Positions 1 to 10,572 of a stretch of 64,000 nt of DNA are shown here, piece after piece. The translations under genes were made by a program, and so were the position numbers. Under the pieces are notes generated by a model. It did not search any database and was not told where the DNA came from. It worked only from the letters and a program-made list of their open reading frames with translations. Numbering within the stretch: position 1 is the first letter of the stretch; each line of letters starts with the position of its first letter. The DNA is from an uncultured Nitrososphaerota archaeon (GTDB lineage Archaea; Thermoproteota; Nitrososphaeria; Nitrososphaerales; Gagatemarchaeaceae), in assembly GCA_963718895.1 (NCBI GenBank), contig CAVRAG010000004.1, positions 224,001-288,000 on the forward strand, in the 5' to 3' direction.

Positions 1-402
1 CGTACACGCTGATCTGCTTCTCTGTGGTCACGGCTGTGCTGGTGGGGCTCGCGCTGAGGCTGGACGTCAGCGACTACAACAGCCTAGGGCTGGCGTCTAC
101 GACATTCCTCATCGCTCTGACACTGGTCATGCTGACCGCTTTGGGAGTCGGACTCAGCATCGCGATGCCGAACACCGTCATGTCGATCGTCGTTCTCCTT
201 GTCCTCTGGTACTCGATGGCGTTCTTCTTTCCGGTCGTCGGCCTTGGCGTCGCTCTCTCCTGGGAGCCTGCTGGGCAAGCTGCCGGACATCGCCAGGGGC
301 GCGTGGAGCCTGGGGGACTGGGAGACGGTCGCGGGCTTCATAGCGATTTCGGGGGCCGCCACAGCGCTCTCGTCAGCTTACTTCTACATGAAGGACATCT
401 GA
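1..402 (+). CDS. ABC-2 type permease, C-terminal part (truncated by window start; frameshift near 230-260)
   Basis: Hydrophobic helices in ORF 24..557 continue in the frame of ORF 199..402, which ends ...YFYMKDI, a typical ABC-2 permease C-terminus. Confidence 0.55.
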
Positions 403-921
403 AGGGGCCGGTAGATAGCGGAGGTGAGGGACATCGGGGAACGAGATGTCGACCGTCGCGTACCAAGACATTTGGAGCGAACGGCGAATCAGAGGCACGG
501 TCCTACATCAGGGCCAGATTCACTAATGATTTGGGAGAGTTCTCGGAATTCCGGTAAATACATCGCTGCCCTACCCTGATTCATGCGAAAGAACCGTTCC
601 AGCGACTACTTCCGAAGCTACCTAGCCCCGGCAGCGGTGAGTGAGCCAAGGGATTCCGGCGGGCCATCGAGGGAGAGCCGTCCTTCGTCTGGGGCGTCTG
701 AAGAGGAGCCGTGACCGCGCCACGGCTGTGCATGCATCTTTCCCGGAGAACACGAGCCGTCCGCTCTGTCGAGAGAGGAGGTTCGCACAGGTGACGGCGT
801 GCCTAGAGAACGTGATCTGCGAGAGCTGCCTCCTGATGCTCGACGGAAGGGGAGGCCCCGATGCCTCGCCGGCCGCCATGAATCTTGAAGCCCGCATGAC
901 CCCAGGGAGTGCCGCGAAGCA

Positions 922-1365
922 ATGAAAAGGGTCGACGCGGCAGACGAGACGCTGAGACCAGTCGCGAAGCCAGCTTCGAAGGGGATGAGGCCGCTAAGGG
1001 CGGGACGCGAACCGGGGGAGTCCCACACGCCAATCCCTCATGCTCCGTCGCCCCGTCTGTCCTCCCCCACCAGGGAGGCTGTGTCGTCAGCCGAGCGCCC
1101 CAGGAGCGCCCTCAAAATACGCCTCGATATCCTTGAGTCCGTGAGGGACGATGGTCCGAGCAGTTCCTCAAAGATCATCTGCATGGCGAACCTCTCGGTG
1201 AAGAGGTCGGCGAAGTACCTCGGGGAGCTCGTCATGGGGGGACTGCTGAGGGAGGATCGGGACGGCGCCGCAAAGACGTACACCCTCACCGTGGAGGGCC
1301 TCGACTTCGTGAATCAGGTGAAGGAGGCGGAGGCCTTCGCGGCCGACCTCGGGCTCGCGTTATAG
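922..1365 (+). CDS. Winged helix-turn-helix (HTH_45-like) regulator
   Basis: RSALKIRLDILE...ANLS...KYLGEL...GLL...YTLTVEG pattern; paralogs at 18369, 37532 and 58512. Confidence 0.75.
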   Translation: MKRVDAADETLRPVAKPASKGMRPLRAGREPGESHTPIPHAPSPRLSSPTREAVSSAERPRSALKIRLDILESVRDDGPSSSSKIICMANLSVKRSAKYLGELVMGGLLREDRDGAAKTYTLTVEGLDFVNQVKEAEAFAADLGLAL

Positions 1366-1466
1366 GCCGCTCGCGGAGAACCGCGTCTCACGCTCACTGG
1401 CAAGTCGGAACTGGGTCGTCCCGAAGCGAAGTGGCTCCAAGTGAGAGTACGAGAACAAATCGGGGC

Positions 1467-1487
1467 GTTCGGACAAACTATTAATCA
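1467..1487 (+). promoter_or_regulatory. Conserved GTTCGGACAAA-CTATTAATCA promoter motif (first of about 15 copies)
   Basis: TATA-like TATTAA about 30 nt upstream of the gene; same motif at 8721, 19017, 21323, 51751 (+) and 22741, 40934, 42248, 49803, 50439, 50995, 54277, 55769, 56503, 57436 (-). Confidence 0.75.
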
Positions 1488-1517
1488 GAAATCGCCCTTC
1501 TCGAGCAATGACGTAAG

Positions 1518-2663
1518 CTGGAACGTCGACGAAGCGCAATCGGAACGACAGTCATCGCCATGGTCGTAGCCATCATCGTCTCTGTCGCGGCATTAGGATT
1601 CGGTCTCTACACCGACGTCACGACCAACGATGAGGTTTCTTCGTTGAATGCGAGTCTGAGTTCGAGCGCGCAGATCAGCAGTCTCCAATCGAGTATCGGT
1701 TCGCTGCAGAGTGTCCTGACAGCAGCACAGCTCGCCGTCGCAGGACTCCAGACGGGCATGGCCGCCGAGCAGGGTACCGTCGCTGGGCTGCAGTCCACCG
1801 TGACTTCTCTCCAGGTCGAGGTCATTCCCCTAGGTGACAGGCTGAATTCGTCACCAACGGGCGACGCCATCGCGATCCAACAGCTCGCGGCCGAAGTCCA
1901 GAACCTCGAGACCACCGTGCAGATCCTGTCGAACGAACTAGCCGCTCTGACGGCTCCCTCGACGGTCCCTGCTCTCATAGAGCAGTCCGAATCGACCTGT
2001 TCGTACGTCTGCGGCGGCATGAGCACGTTTACGGGCACGGTTACCATCACTTCGACAAGCGTCTCGACCACACCCGTCTCAACCGTTATCACGACCGGTA
2101 CCTTCCCATCGAACGGCTCCAGCGGACAGACCGTGACGGCCTTCCCCTCCGATGTCAGGGCCGGCGACATGCTCGTGGTCACTGTGCAGGAGGACGACCT
2201 CCCACTGCTGACTGTCTCGGATTCTCTCGGGACTGCGCTTCAGCTAGCGGTGAGGCTGACCACCTCCACCTGTGGCTCGCCTTCCGGTTACTGCCAAGAC
2301 GACATCTACTGGGGCGTGCTCTCCTCTGCAGGAGCGGACTCCGTGACGGTCATGGAGCCCGGTTTGGACGCGGCCATCAGGGTTGAGATAAGGGAGTTCA
2401 GCGGCGTGGACGGTGTAGGGAATACGGCGTCCTGCACACCGATGTGTGCGTCCGCACCATACCCAGCGTCCTCGATCCTTCTGGCTTCGGCGAAGGATGG
2501 TACCGGACCGGGCGCGGGGTTCTACGGCTACCTCTACGCCGCGTCAAAGGGTCCCATAAGCGAGTATCAGGTGGAAACGAGTTCAGGGACGACGACTTTC
2601 CCGTTCGCCACGAGCGTGACCCAGATCGAGGTCGGGGTAGTTCTCTTCCGGACGCCTAGCTAG
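1518..2663 (+). CDS. Membrane-anchored surface protein: coiled-coil stalk, Thr-rich linker, beta-rich C-terminal domain
   Basis: ORF 1560..2663 extends in frame to CTG 1518, giving (M)ERRRSAIGTTVIAMVVAII, which matches the N-terminus of ORF 39708..40898; heptad-like Q/L repeats follow. Confidence 0.65.
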   Translation: MERRRSAIGTTVIAMVVAIIVSVAALGFGLYTDVTTNDEVSSLNASLSSSAQISSLQSSIGSLQSVLTAAQLAVAGLQTGMAAEQGTVAGLQSTVTSLQVEVIPLGDRLNSSPTGDAIAIQQLAAEVQNLETTVQILSNELAALTAPSTVPALIEQSESTCSYVCGGMSTFTGTVTITSTSVSTTPVSTVITTGTFPSNGSSGQTVTAFPSDVRAGDMLVVTVQEDDLPLLTVSDSLGTALQLAVRLTTSTCGSPSGYCQDDIYWGVLSSAGADSVTVMEPGLDAAIRVEIREFSGVDGVGNTASCTPMCASAPYPASSILLASAKDGTGPGAGFYGYLYAASKGPISEYQVETSSGTTTFPFATSVTQIEVGVVLFRTPS

Positions 2664-2731
2664 TCGCGTCTCGGCAGGTCAAGGCAGGCACCTAGCTGCA
2701 TGCGACGCAGATACGAGATGACCCCGTCATC

Positions 2732-3100
2732 ATGAGGGCCTCGAAGGTCATCGCCAAGGGGCAGGTGCAAGTCCCTCTCGAGGCAAGGGAGAAGCCAGAC
2801 CTGAAGTTTGGGACGAGTGATAACCGCGCCCGGGACGGAGGAGGGTGCGAGCCCTACTGGCCGAGAGAAGACTTGTCCATGTATGGGCATCCATATAGGC
2901 ATCGTATGACCTCCCAAGAACATATCCATAACCCAAGAGGCCTACGAGGCGCTCCGACGGGAGAGGAGGGGGACGAGAGCTTCACCGAGGCGGTTCTCCG
3001 CCTGACGCGGAGTGGTGGCAGGCTCTCGGATTGCTTTGGGACCTGGAGAATGACGGATGAAGAGCAATACGCGTTCCAGGGTGAACTAGCGAAAGGATGA
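2732..3100 (+). pseudogene. Antitoxin remnants: AbrB-like fragment followed by a DUF217/VapB-like antitoxin with two compensating indels
   Basis: MRASKVIAKGQVQVP (AbrB-like); from ATG 2906 a +1 frame reads KNISITQEAYEALRRE, then returns to GDESFTEAVLRL; no toxin follows. Confidence 0.55.
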
Positions 3101-3182
3101 CGTCGCTCGGAGAGGTGTAAACCAAGGTGGTTGACTGACCGTCGATTGGGCTCGCTTACGTCGTGCTCGTCTGTCCGGAGGG

Positions 3183-4719
3183 TTATGTCCGGACAGTGAA
3201 GATGGTCAGGGGTCCGAAATCCATCCGCGGGTTGGCGGAAAGCTGCTGCAGAAGAGAGGTATCTATCCCTGAAAGGTTGTCCACGACGACGTAGTTGAGG
3301 TTCGCGGAGGAAGAGGGCGTCTTGTTGTACAGGCTCAGCAGGTAGTCGTACTCGGTGCCAATCTGCCCGGGCGTCAGGTTTGACGATATCGTGAAGCTGC
3401 TGCCGTTCGAGTCGTGCGCGATGTACGAGGCCACGTCCATCTTGTACTGGACTCCCACCCCGTAGTCCCCGGCAGTGCCTCCCTGGGAGTTCAGGAAGGC
3501 GAGGAAGCCGAGCCCGAATGTGACCTGCACCAGGAGGGTCGAGACGAGGACCACTGCGGAAAGAATCCTTGCGATCTTCGGCCAGTCCGGATGCCACCTT
3601 CCAGACGGACCTGCCTTCTTCCTTCGGGTCATGGCGTAGTCGAAGAGCACCGCCACCATCAGGAAGTTGGCCGGGAAGAACATCACGAGCTCATGCGTGT
3701 AAAGACCATCCGTCGGGTTGAAGAAGAGGAGGATGAGCGTGGGGACTGCAATCCAAGCGAACAGCATCGAGTACTTCACGCTCTCGCCGAACGGGCTGCG
3801 AGCCGCGCGGATCAGGACGACGGCGAAGCCGAGGTAGAGGCAGACGTTCTCGACCACGAAGAAGTTGTTCATGTTGAAGATCGAGGAGAAGAACGAGGGC
3901 GCGCTGGACCCGAGGATGTAGTCGAAGCCGGTGCCGCTGGTGTCCGCGAAGATGAGGCCGACCACGCTCGGGTTCACGTTGTCAAGCGAGAAGTCCTTGA
4001 GCGTCGCCGCGAAGCTGCCGCCTTCGCCGAAGCTGCTGGTGGCTTGGCCGTAGATGAACGGGGCGAAGATGAGCGCGAAGAGGCCTATGCCGATGAGGAG
4101 GTACCTCGGCCTGATCCCGGAACGGGACTTCCAGAGGAAGAACAGGATCACGGGGGCGAGGAACAGGGTTATTGGATGGATCTGGAGTATCACCGCGTAG
4201 AGGACGAAGACCGGGACGAGGTACCTCGGCTTGCCCTTGATGACGAAGGTGTAGAGGCAGTAGAGGAGGATTACTGTGAAGGGGAAGATCAGGTCGGGGT
4301 TCCAGATCTTCCGCGAGAAGAGGATGGCGAACGGCGATACCGCTTCGAGGGCGGTCGCGATCGAGCGCGATCCTCTCGTTGAAGAATTCCCTCGCGAACT
4401 TGAAGGTGAAGGCGACCCCTACGATATTGAGGCAGGCGACGAATGCCGAGGCCACCATCGGGTTGGTCGAGACCAGGAACGGGATTGCGAGGATGTAGTA
4501 GTAGATCGGGCCGGCGCTGCCGCCCGTGCTTAGAGCTGGCCCAAGGAATGGAATCGTCCCATGCTCCACGAGTGCCCTGAGGACGACGGAAGTCCCGGCC
4601 TCGTCGCCCTTGAACTCCGCCAAGTTCAGCGAGGCCAGCCTGAAGTAGGCCGCGACGAGGACGATGAGCAAGAAGGATATCCAGAGTAGTTCAGATTGCC
4701 GGTTCCTGGACCCCGCCAA
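3183..4719 (-). CDS. ArnT/PMT (GT39/GT83-like) membrane glycosyltransferase, frameshifted near 4362
   Basis: FRLASL..EFKGDEA, GPIYYY and SPFAILFSRKIWNPD motifs split over ORFs 3982..4719 and 3183..4193. Confidence 0.75.
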
Positions 4720-4731
4720 AGGTCAGCCCAC

Positions 4732-6210
4732 TCACCGGGTCGAGTTCGTCACGCCGACTATCTGGAAGTAGATGTCGCCGTCTACCAGAGGATAGGGTAT
4801 CCCGGGGATGGAGGGAGAGCTCGAGGCACTCTCTGACGCACAGGGGCAGGCCGCGGGCGCGGTGGGGCAGAGACAGGTCGTGGTGGAATGCGCAGTGGTA
4901 TAGGCCATGGTTATGCAGTGCGTTATCTGCGCGTAGTTCGGCAGTCCGTCTCCGGCCACGAGCCCGGCGTAGTAGCCGCACTGTTCCGGCTCTTGGGCAC
5001 CGAGCATCCACGTGTTCAAGCCGCTTGAAGGCAGGAAGCCGAGCTGGTATGTGCCGCTGGCGCCCGCCTTGGCCGTCAGGTTGTAGATCACGACCGTCCC
5101 CTCGTTCTCATTCGTGGGTCCCCCGATGACAAGCTGGGACTGGCTCACGCTCACCGTGAAGTTCGGTCCGCCGCTGAACGACCTCGGGGTGCCGATGCTG
5201 CCGTTGTAGATGTACTGGAGCGCTTGGATCGATAACGCGCTGGTGAGGTTGAGCGTCAGCGGGGTGGCCGAGTAGTAGTAGAGCTGAAAGCAGAGCACGG
5301 CGGGCGAGCTTGTCCCGGTAACTATCTCTCCCAAGCCGGAGGCAGAACTCGGGGTTCCGCGGCATTCGGCAGGTGCGGTGCTGTTCCCGGTCGATGTGGA
5401 GCTGCTGGTAGTAACCGAGAAGTGGAGCAGGAGGACGTTGCCCCACTCATCGGCGCCGAGCACGGTGTACGATCCTGCGAACGCATTGAAGGTGGCCGGG
5501 CTGGGCGTGTCAGCGCCCCCCGTCCAGTAGCCACTCGTCGACAGAGTGATGGAGGCGGTGGTGTTGACCTCGAACTGGTGGTCGTTGTAGACCGAGACAT
5601 TGTCGCTCTTGGGCGAGAACAGGTACACGTCCGGGAAGTAGTTCACCGTGCAGCTGAACATGATGGTAGTGTTGTACAAAGGCAGCGCTTTTCCCGAGGT
5701 GTAGTTGTTCATGCCGTAGTATCCTCTGAAGATCGCGAATCCGACGGGGCTGTCTCCCGGGGCGCAGTTGTTGAACGGGTCCAGCAGGCTGGCACCGTAC
5801 TTCCACTGGTTGGCCTCCGTGACGTTGTTCACCGAGCTCAGGAGGTTGAACTCCTCGGCGGTCACCGTGAAGTTAGGGCCTCCGTCGGGCTTGACCTGGA
5901 GCCTGAACTGGAGACCCTGGGACGAGTTGGAAGTGGAGGCGGACGCGGAATCCAAGGAAGTGCCGGATGAGGACGATGGGGAGGCGGTGGGGCTTGCAGA
6001 CGTGCTCGATTGCGACGTGAGCGTCACGAACGCTATCGTAGCTGCTATCAGGATGATGACAACCGCAGCGACAATCACGGTCGCCCCGGCTCCCTTGCGC
6101 CCGGGCATCAAGCCACTTCTTCGGCCGCGCGCGTGCTCTGTGACTGGTACTCTTGTCCGTACAGGTTTCCGTGAAGTCTCTTTCGCAGCTTTTGGATTCC
6201 GTTTCGCCAA
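4732..6210 (-). CDS. Membrane-anchored Ser/Thr-rich surface protein (DEWG-domain family)
   Basis: N-terminal TM helix, S/T linker, domain ending YTVLGADEWGNVLLLHFSV shared with 39708..40898 and 53141..53988. Confidence 0.65.
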   Translation of the reverse strand: MAKRNPKAAKETSRKPVRTRVPVTEHARGRRSGLMPGRKGAGATVIVAAVVIILIAATIAFVTLTSQSSTSASPTASPSSSSGTSLDSASASTSNSSQGLQFRLQVKPDGGPNFTVTAEEFNLLSSVNNVTEANQWKYGASLLDPFNNCAPGDSPVGFAIFRGYYGMNNYTSGKALPLYNTTIMFSCTVNYFPDVYLFSPKSDNVSVYNDHQFEVNTTASITLSTSGYWTGGADTPSPATFNAFAGSYTVLGADEWGNVLLLHFSVTTSSSTSTGNSTAPAECRGTPSSASGLGEIVTGTSSPAVLCFQLYYYSATPLTLNLTSALSIQALQYIYNGSIGTPRSFSGGPNFTVSVSQSQLVIGGPTNENEGTVVIYNLTAKAGASGTYQLGFLPSSGLNTWMLGAQEPEQCGYYAGLVAGDGLPNYAQITHCITMAYTTAHSTTTCLCPTAPAACPCASESASSSPSIPGIPYPLVDGDIYFQIVGVTNSTR

Positions 6211-6223
6211 GGGTTCTCACACA

Positions 6224-6688
6224 TCAAGGGTGATAGGTGCAGATCGTCACAGTCCACCCGTCCGAAGGTCGGTCGTTCAGGTCGTCGGAGGTGGCGGTTA
6301 CCACCAGAGTGGTCGTGCCGTTTACGAAGGTGGAGGCCGAGTAAGTGCTCGTGCCTATAGTGGAGTTATGGTACACGGTGGTGTAGGTCACGCTGTAGGA
6401 GGTGACGCTTCCCGACGTTGTGGTCATGGTGGAGGGTGCCACCTCGACCGTGTCAGGAACGAAGTAGCTTGCTGCGGTACATTCTCCTATCAACTCGACG
6501 TTCTCGTAGACCGAGAGCGCAGTCGTGTGATTGACTATGGTCGTGACTGTGATCGTCGATGTCGTGGTGCTCGTGAACCGCTCCGTGCTCGTAGTCGTAC
6601 GCAAGCCCGACTCATACGAGCCGATGGCTGCCGCACCCACGACCAGCGCCATGGCCAGCACAGCGGCTCCGACTCGTCCTCGCCTCAT
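6224..6688 (-). CDS. Membrane-anchored Thr-rich protein
   Basis: MRRGRVG plus hydrophobic helix, poly-Thr tracts, two Cys. Confidence 0.6.
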   Translation of the reverse strand: MRRGRVGAAVLAMALVVGAAAIGSYESGLRTTTSTERFTSTTTSTITVTTIVNHTTALSVYENVELIGECTAASYFVPDTVEVAPSTMTTTSGSVTSYSVTYTTVYHNSTIGTSTYSASTFVNGTTTLVVTATSDDLNDRPSDGWTVTICTYHP

Positions 6689-7186
6689 CTATCCGTCGGA
6701 CTCCCGAAGCAATCGAAGCAGTGATTCTCCCAGGCTCGTGAGCTGGAACATCCTCACTCGTCCGGAGGCGGAGTCCTCGTGCACCAGACCGCACTTGTTG
6801 AGCAGAACGACATGATAGTCAACGGCGTTCCAGTCGAGGCCGAGCTCCTGGGCGAGCTGGAGCCTGTCCTTCGGGCTCGACAGCGCGTACAGGAGGTTCG
6901 ACCTCGTCCTTGCCCCCTTCATCCGCACGAACAGGTCAAACATTCCCGAATCGAACCCCAAGCTCTGCCAGCGTGACCTCAACGTGCCCCGCCAAATCTG
7001 GATGTTGGGAGACGCGAGCCGTCCACAGGATTCGAGCTCTGGATTCCCCGAAATCATGGGAGAAGGCCCCTGGGCGTGGTTGTGCAGTAGAGAGTTGCTC
7101 CGCTCGGCGATACAGTGACATCGATAGTGGTTGCATCTGCAATAACAGCCGGGTCCCTGTTTTGGGGGTCGCTCGTCAAATCCCAC
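6689..7186 (-). CDS. ArsR-like wHTH regulator (start uncertain)
   Basis: KGARTRSNLL...QLAQELGLDWNAVDYHV..L...GLV...FQLTSLG in the C-terminal 85 aa. Confidence 0.7.
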   Translation of the reverse strand: MGFDERPPKQGPGCYCRCNHYRCHCIAERSNSLLHNHAQGPSPMISGNPELESCGRLASPNIQIWRGTLRSRWQSLGFDSGMFDLFVRMKGARTRSNLLYALSSPKDRLQLAQELGLDWNAVDYHVVLLNKCGLVHEDSASGRVRMFQLTSLGESLLRLLRESDG

Positions 7187-7365
7187 GACCTCCGGCGATG
7201 GAGAAGACTGCTCGCGGTGTCATGAGACAGTCTTCGCGAGGGAGTCGGATAGTCCTACGCTTTAGGCAAGGACCTGTCAGCCGTCCTAAAGTTTAGGACG
7301 GGGCCGGCATCGAATAAATGGATGTTCGCGGAGCCTATGGTCCATTTCTTCGGAGCGACCTCAGG

Positions 7366-7848
7366 TCAGGCGCCCCTCGTGGCGACATATGTCTTGGCGG
7401 CCTCGTAGGTGGTGACGATAACTGCTCCCGAGTTCACCAGCAGAGCGAAGAAGTAGAGTGACGTGACCGATGCGGGTCGGAATACGGTCAGCAGAATCGC
7501 CAGCGTGCTCAGGAAGAAGGCCATGTAGGCGGTCTGAAGCGGTATGAGCATCCTCCGTATCCGGATCACGTTCTCGAAGATGACCCTGTCGACCACGAAG
7601 CCGCCTTCCCTCTCCTGGACGAGCCCTGCTCGGACGAGCTTCTTGATGTGATACTCGGCCACCGAGGGCGAGCTGAGCTCGAGCCCCCTCTGGATGTCGC
7701 GGATGCTCATCGCAGTCCCGGCCCTGTACATGTAGCGATAGACCCGGAGCGTGGTGCCGGTGACGTAGTCCTTGAAATCCTCGCTCATGGCATCCCGCGT
7801 CCACACTGTGCTGCCGGATTGCGGACTTATCCTTATGGAACGGGCCAT
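7366..7848 (-). CDS. wHTH regulator with two C-terminal TM helices
   Basis: GTTLRVYRY...DIQRGLELSSPSVAEYHIKKL plus TM hairpin; close paralog of 20760..21197. Confidence 0.7.
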   Translation of the reverse strand: MARSIRISPQSGSTVWTRDAMSEDFKDYVTGTTLRVYRYMYRAGTAMSIRDIQRGLELSSPSVAEYHIKKLVRAGLVQEREGGFVVDRVIFENVIRIRRMLIPLQTAYMAFFLSTLAILLTVFRPASVTSLYFFALLVNSGAVIVTTYEAAKTYVATRGA

Positions 7849-7892
7849 CCTAAAACGTAGGACTATATCGAGCGCTCTCGAGGTGTCTCAGG

Positions 7893-8627
7893 ATGTCTCA
7901 GTTCGGGAAGGTCGGCGCCAGTGCGGGGGCTGCGGTCATTGTGGCAGTCCTGCTCGGGCTGGTGGCGAGCGCCAGCTTCCCGTCAGGGGCGCCATCGATG
8001 ACCTCGACGACTACCTCCCCGGCGTCAGCGTCTTCGTCCACCGCTATCACAACCTCCACGGTCACGACCGCTACCGGCGTCTCGTCCAGCGTTTCCAGTG
8101 CAAGCGAACAGAGTTCGACCTCGACAACGCCAGCCACATCCGCCTCCACCTCCAGCTCCATGACGGTGAGTTCCACGAGCATGACAACGAGTTCCACGAG
8201 TACGGCAACGGTCACTACCTCGACCACGACGAACACGGTATCCGCGACAACAACTGCAGCTTGCACAGGGACGAACGCGGCCGATTGCGGCGGTGTTCAG
8301 GTCATCGACGCCTCCCTCGTCGTTGTGAGGTCTCCCAATTCGGCGGTGGGGCCCGGCTCCAATCTCAACGTAACCATCCAGAACACGGGAAATCTGGTCT
8401 CCGTGGCTCTGACCATCACTCTTTCACGCGTTGTAATCCTGAATGCGACGTTCCTTTGGGCGCCGGGGAACCAGATGACGAGCTCGGTGTTCATCCCGTC
8501 GAGCCAACTCGCGGTCACTGCGGGATCCACGTATCAGCTGGAGGCTGATGTCTTCTACGGAACAAACAACCTCCCCAATCACATCTGGGGGGATGCGCTC
8601 GACCTAGTCAATGTAACAGCGACGTAG
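7893..8627 (+). CDS. Membrane-anchored Ser/Thr-rich surface protein
   Basis: N-terminal TM, about 90 aa S/T tract, Ig-like C-terminus (NVTIQNTGN). Confidence 0.65.
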   Translation: MSQFGKVGASAGAAVIVAVLLGLVASASFPSGAPSMTSTTTSPASASSSTAITTSTVTTATGVSSSVSSASEQSSTSTTPATSASTSSSMTVSSTSMTTSSTSTATVTTSTTTNTVSATTTAACTGTNAADCGGVQVIDASLVVVRSPNSAVGPGSNLNVTIQNTGNLVSVALTITLSRVVILNATFLWAPGNQMTSSVFIPSSQLAVTAGSTYQLEADVFYGTNNLPNHIWGDALDLVNVTAT

Positions 8628-8773
8628 CGGAGAAAACCACAGTTCCGCTTGACTTTGGCCCTCTCGCACTCCGAAAGTAAGCCGGCTGGGCAGGATGTTC
8701 CCGACGGCGGTCGCCATCGCGTTCGGACAAAGGCGTATATGAGAACGCCCCTGCGAATCGTATGTGATGCAAG

Positions 8774-9052
8774 TTGAAGCGAGTAGTGCAGGTGGCGATA
8801 GGCCTAGGTGCGACAGCCTTCGTCTTGGGCCTCTTCCTTTTCCCGGTCGTGCCTGTGACGTTCGAGATAGCTTGCACTAACGACATGACGGGCTGTCCCC
8901 ATCTCCAGAATTTGGGTTCCGCCTCGATTACCTACTCGTTCTTCGGCGTCGGCGCGGTCCAAGTGCAAGATTACTACGGAGGCCACGCGTATTGCCTAAT
9001 GCACGGGAGTCCCAGTACCGTGTGCGGCATACCCCTCATTCTTCAGCGATGA
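8774..9052 (+). CDS. Small variable-loop membrane protein, family member 1
   Basis: MKR..TM..PVVP-loop-SASITYSFFGVGAVQV..GHAYCLMHGSPSTVCG; promoter motif at 8721. Confidence 0.7.
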   Translation: MKRVVQVAIGLGATAFVLGLFLFPVVPVTFEIACTNDMTGCPHLQNLGSASITYSFFGVGAVQVQDYYGGHAYCLMHGSPSTVCGIPLILQR

Positions 9053-9067
9053 TGGAGAGCCATGGCC

Positions 9068-9349
9068 ATGAAGCGAACGGCGAAGTTGGCTCTGGGCCTG
9101 GCGGCGGTACTGGTTGTCTTGGGCCTCTTCCTGCTTCCGGTTGTGCCGATTACGGTCTCTTGGGGTTGCGAGGGCACTTTCGCTCCGACTTGTTTCACTT
9201 CTAGTGCTTCGGCCTCGGTGATGTACGCCTACTCTGGTATCGGGGCCGTTCAAGTACCTGTACTGGGTGAGCTAGGCGGACATACGTACTGTCTAATGAA
9301 CGGCAACCCAGGTACGATGTGTGGCTACACTATGCAGCGAATGGGTTAG
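9068..9349 (+). CDS. Small variable-loop membrane protein, family member 2
   Basis: Tandem paralog; SASVMYAYSGIGAVQV..GHTYCLMNGNPGTMCG. Confidence 0.7.
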   Translation: MKRTAKLALGLAAVLVVLGLFLLPVVPITVSWGCEGTFAPTCFTSSASASVMYAYSGIGAVQVPVLGELGGHTYCLMNGNPGTMCGYTMQRMG

Positions 9350-9576
9350 ACTGTCTCTGCCCCGGAAGTGGGTTGTTTGGTTGCCTTTGTCTTAGACCAG
9401 CGCGCTTATCGAGAATTCTTCGAAACTGGCGTGAGAACCATCTTTGCTCAGAGCATAGTAGCAAGCAAGTTGATAGGTCGTGCTAGCGGTCACGTTCGCG
9501 ACCCCTCTCGGCCCGCTCGGTCCGGAAGCAGCGGGACGCGTCGCGAGATAACATGGTCTATAGCCTATTCAAATCT

Positions 9577-10533
9577 TTATTTCGAACCGATTAGCACAAG
9601 GGGAACCTCGGTCGGAATATTAGTTTCTGCTAGTTTCAATGATTGGTCATCAGCCCCCATGATGCCGGAACTGACTGAGGGTGGACTCGGCCCGGTATGG
9701 TCGGTTCCCCCTTCGGATGGCGGACTAGATTCCCACACGTCGAAGAAGAGAATCCTAAACATTGCAACCAGGTTCCTGCTGTTGGTCCATATCGCCGCGG
9801 CATTCTTGGAATGGACCGATATCGATTCTTCTTTTTCAAAACCCAATATCATCTGCGATCCGTCAAAGATGACCATTCTGGCAGGCATCGTTCTCTTTGG
9901 TTGCCGGACTTCCGCATGGAGTCCTTTCAGATGTTTGGCCGTAGAGGGAACAATAGGAAGCAGAAGCTTCACGTCTACCCCTTCGTTCTTCTTATGCTCA
10001 ATACTCTCCAGAAATCCAGAAAGCGACCAGCGTGCTACGGAATGCTCAGTTCCGATAGCCAAAATCTCAGAGCCGGTCCGCTGCATGAGATCGCTATACT
10101 TTGCCAGAATTGCGTGCTCTCCGGTTAGTAGCTGTATTCTGTCACTCTCAATATCCTGCTCGTTGTTCTCCATCCTCAATTGACCGAGGCTAGAGGCAAC
10201 CTTCTCAAGCTGTGAAAGTGCAGCCTTCTGCTTTGTCACATCTTGGTCCAGCTTCTTTCTCTCTGTCTCTAGGAACTTCTCAAACGCCACGGCAGTGAAT
10301 ATCATTGGCCTGGTCATCGTTCCCTCCACCATTTGCCTCGTTTGCAACCTCTTCAGAGCGGCGTAAACATCGAATCTGTGGATCTTTAGGTCTGCAGCCA
10401 GTTGGCTGGCCTTAGAACCTCCGCTGATGAGTAGACTAAGATAGATATCAACGTCATGTCGACTCAGGTGAAATGACCTCAGAAGTCGAGCTGTTTCCTT
10501 GACATTCTTGTCCAGCGGGGCGTGATGGGGCAA
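9577..10533 (-). CDS. TrmB-family transcriptional regulator
   Basis: N-terminal TrmB HTH (LS..DVDIYLSL..ASQLA..IHRFDVYAALKRL..RPMIFTAV), coiled coil, C-terminal effector domain. Confidence 0.8.
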   Translation of the reverse strand: MPHHAPLDKNVKETARLLRSFHLSRHDVDIYLSLLISGGSKASQLAADLKIHRFDVYAALKRLQTRQMVEGTMTRPMIFTAVAFEKFLETERKKLDQDVTKQKAALSQLEKVASSLGQLRMENNEQDIESDRIQLLTGEHAILAKYSDLMQRTGSEILAIGTEHSVARWSLSGFLESIEHKKNEGVDVKLLLPIVPSTAKHLKGLHAEVRQPKRTMPARMVIFDGSQMILGFEKEESISVHSKNAAAIWTNSRNLVAMFRILFFDVWESSPPSEGGTDHTGPSPPSVSSGIMGADDQSLKLAETNIPTEVPLVLIGSK

Positions 10534-10572
10534 TCTATTCCCGACTGACGTATCTCCCAGACATGTAAGTCA

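Noticed and set aside
641-925. Small Cys-containing ORF before the first wHTH gene
   Set aside because: Only one CxxC and no recognisable family; too weak to call.
3414-4382. Long antisense or alternative-frame ORFs (also 5768..6724, 39613..40902, 46028..47002, 47281..48153)
   Set aside because: They shadow well-supported genes in GC-rich DNA and have no recognisable motifs.
7990-8260. Low-complexity ACN/TCN tracts as DNA tandem repeats (also 20130-20480)
   Set aside because: Explained by Ser/Thr-rich protein linkers with varied codons.
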